Part shown: piece by piece, positions 63,890 through 64,000 of the stretch
Layout: every line of letters begins with the position of its first letter
How positions within the stretch are numbered: position 1 is the first letter of the stretch
Source: an uncultured Aeriscardovia sp.
Lineage (GTDB): Bacteria > Actinomycetota > Actinomycetes > Actinomycetales > Bifidobacteriaceae
Assembly (NCBI GenBank): GCA_903789535.1
Contig: CAIFES010000004.1
Coordinates: 6,255-70,254, forward strand
Direction: 5' to 3'
Length of the DNA stretch: 64,000 bases
Program-made: the position numbers and the translations under genes
The notes under the pieces: model-generated
What the model was told of the DNA's origin: nothing
What the model saw: only the letters and a program-made list of their open reading frames with translations
The model's database searches: none

Positions 63890-64000
63890 ATGACCGATTT
63901 GCACGATCCGCGTCTTGGACAGACGGTCGAGGGGCGCTACCACATCGACTCCCTCGTCGCCGACGGTGGCATGGCGACCGTCTATCTTGCCACGGATACG
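63890..64000 (+). CDS. Ser/Thr protein kinase, N-terminal fragment running off the right edge
   Basis: My translation gives MTDLHDPRLGQTVEGRYHIDSLVADGGMATVYLATDT, matching the Hanks kinase subdomain I pattern (RY.I..L.A.GGMA.VY.A.D). It is not in the ORF track because no stop lies in the window. Confidence 0.75.
   Translation, partial: MTDLHDPRLGQTVEGRYHIDSLVADGGMATVYLATDT

Overview
This is a high-GC actinobacterial chromosome segment. Gene content and order look Bifidobacteriaceae-like, but I cannot name a species. All product calls come from reading motifs in the supplied translations; no searches were run.

Most of the window is conserved housekeeping, in this order:
- lgt, cdsA, frr, pyrH, tsf, rpsB, def, tRNA-Asn
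- an M23 peptidase, a lipoprotein, a GuaB3-type protein and an Rv3235-like protein
- two tandem fadD-type acyl-CoA ligases
- clpP2, clpP1, tig, an RNase D-like gene, nadE, an orphan sugar-binding lipoprotein, rarA, a Ski2-like helicase and a D-2-hydroxyacid dehydrogenase
- aspS, hisS, a DUF349 protein, relA, dut, a DUF4193 protein, a SepH-like protein, an alkaline-phosphatase-family protein and parC
- parE, sigA, a DUF4192-like protein, a polyprenyl synthase and the 5' end of a Ser/Thr kinase

Many long ORFs in the track are antisense shadows typical of GC-rich DNA and were rejected. Several true starts lie well inside the listed ORFs. Two genes that run off the window edges (lgt and the kinase) are missing from the track.

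The clear accessory element lies at about 30.56-39.52 kb, between the dehydrogenase and aspS. It is a Type I restriction-modification operon (hsdR-hsdM-hsdS) facing a second, apparently silent hsdS cassette, with a tyrosine recombinase between them. Three inverted-repeat pairs sit in the conserved hsdS segments. This is the architecture of a phase-variable hsdS shufflon, and I predict four specificities.

A second contingency-type signal is a C9 homopolymer inside the 5' coding region of an acyltransferase-3 gene. That gene sits with an MFS transporter between parC and parE.

Smaller observations:
- a convergent pair of perfect TTATCCACA boxes
- ClgR-like boxes upstream of clpP1P2
- an RBS-sequestering inverted repeat in the hsdR leader
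- a 17-nt periodic repeat array at the island border
- a relic fadD 3' fragment
- micro-duplications at stop codons
- unusual basic or acidic low-complexity modules in housekeeping proteins

I did not find a convincingly brand-new multi-gene system. The shufflon and the homopolymer switch are the best-supported items worth follow-up.
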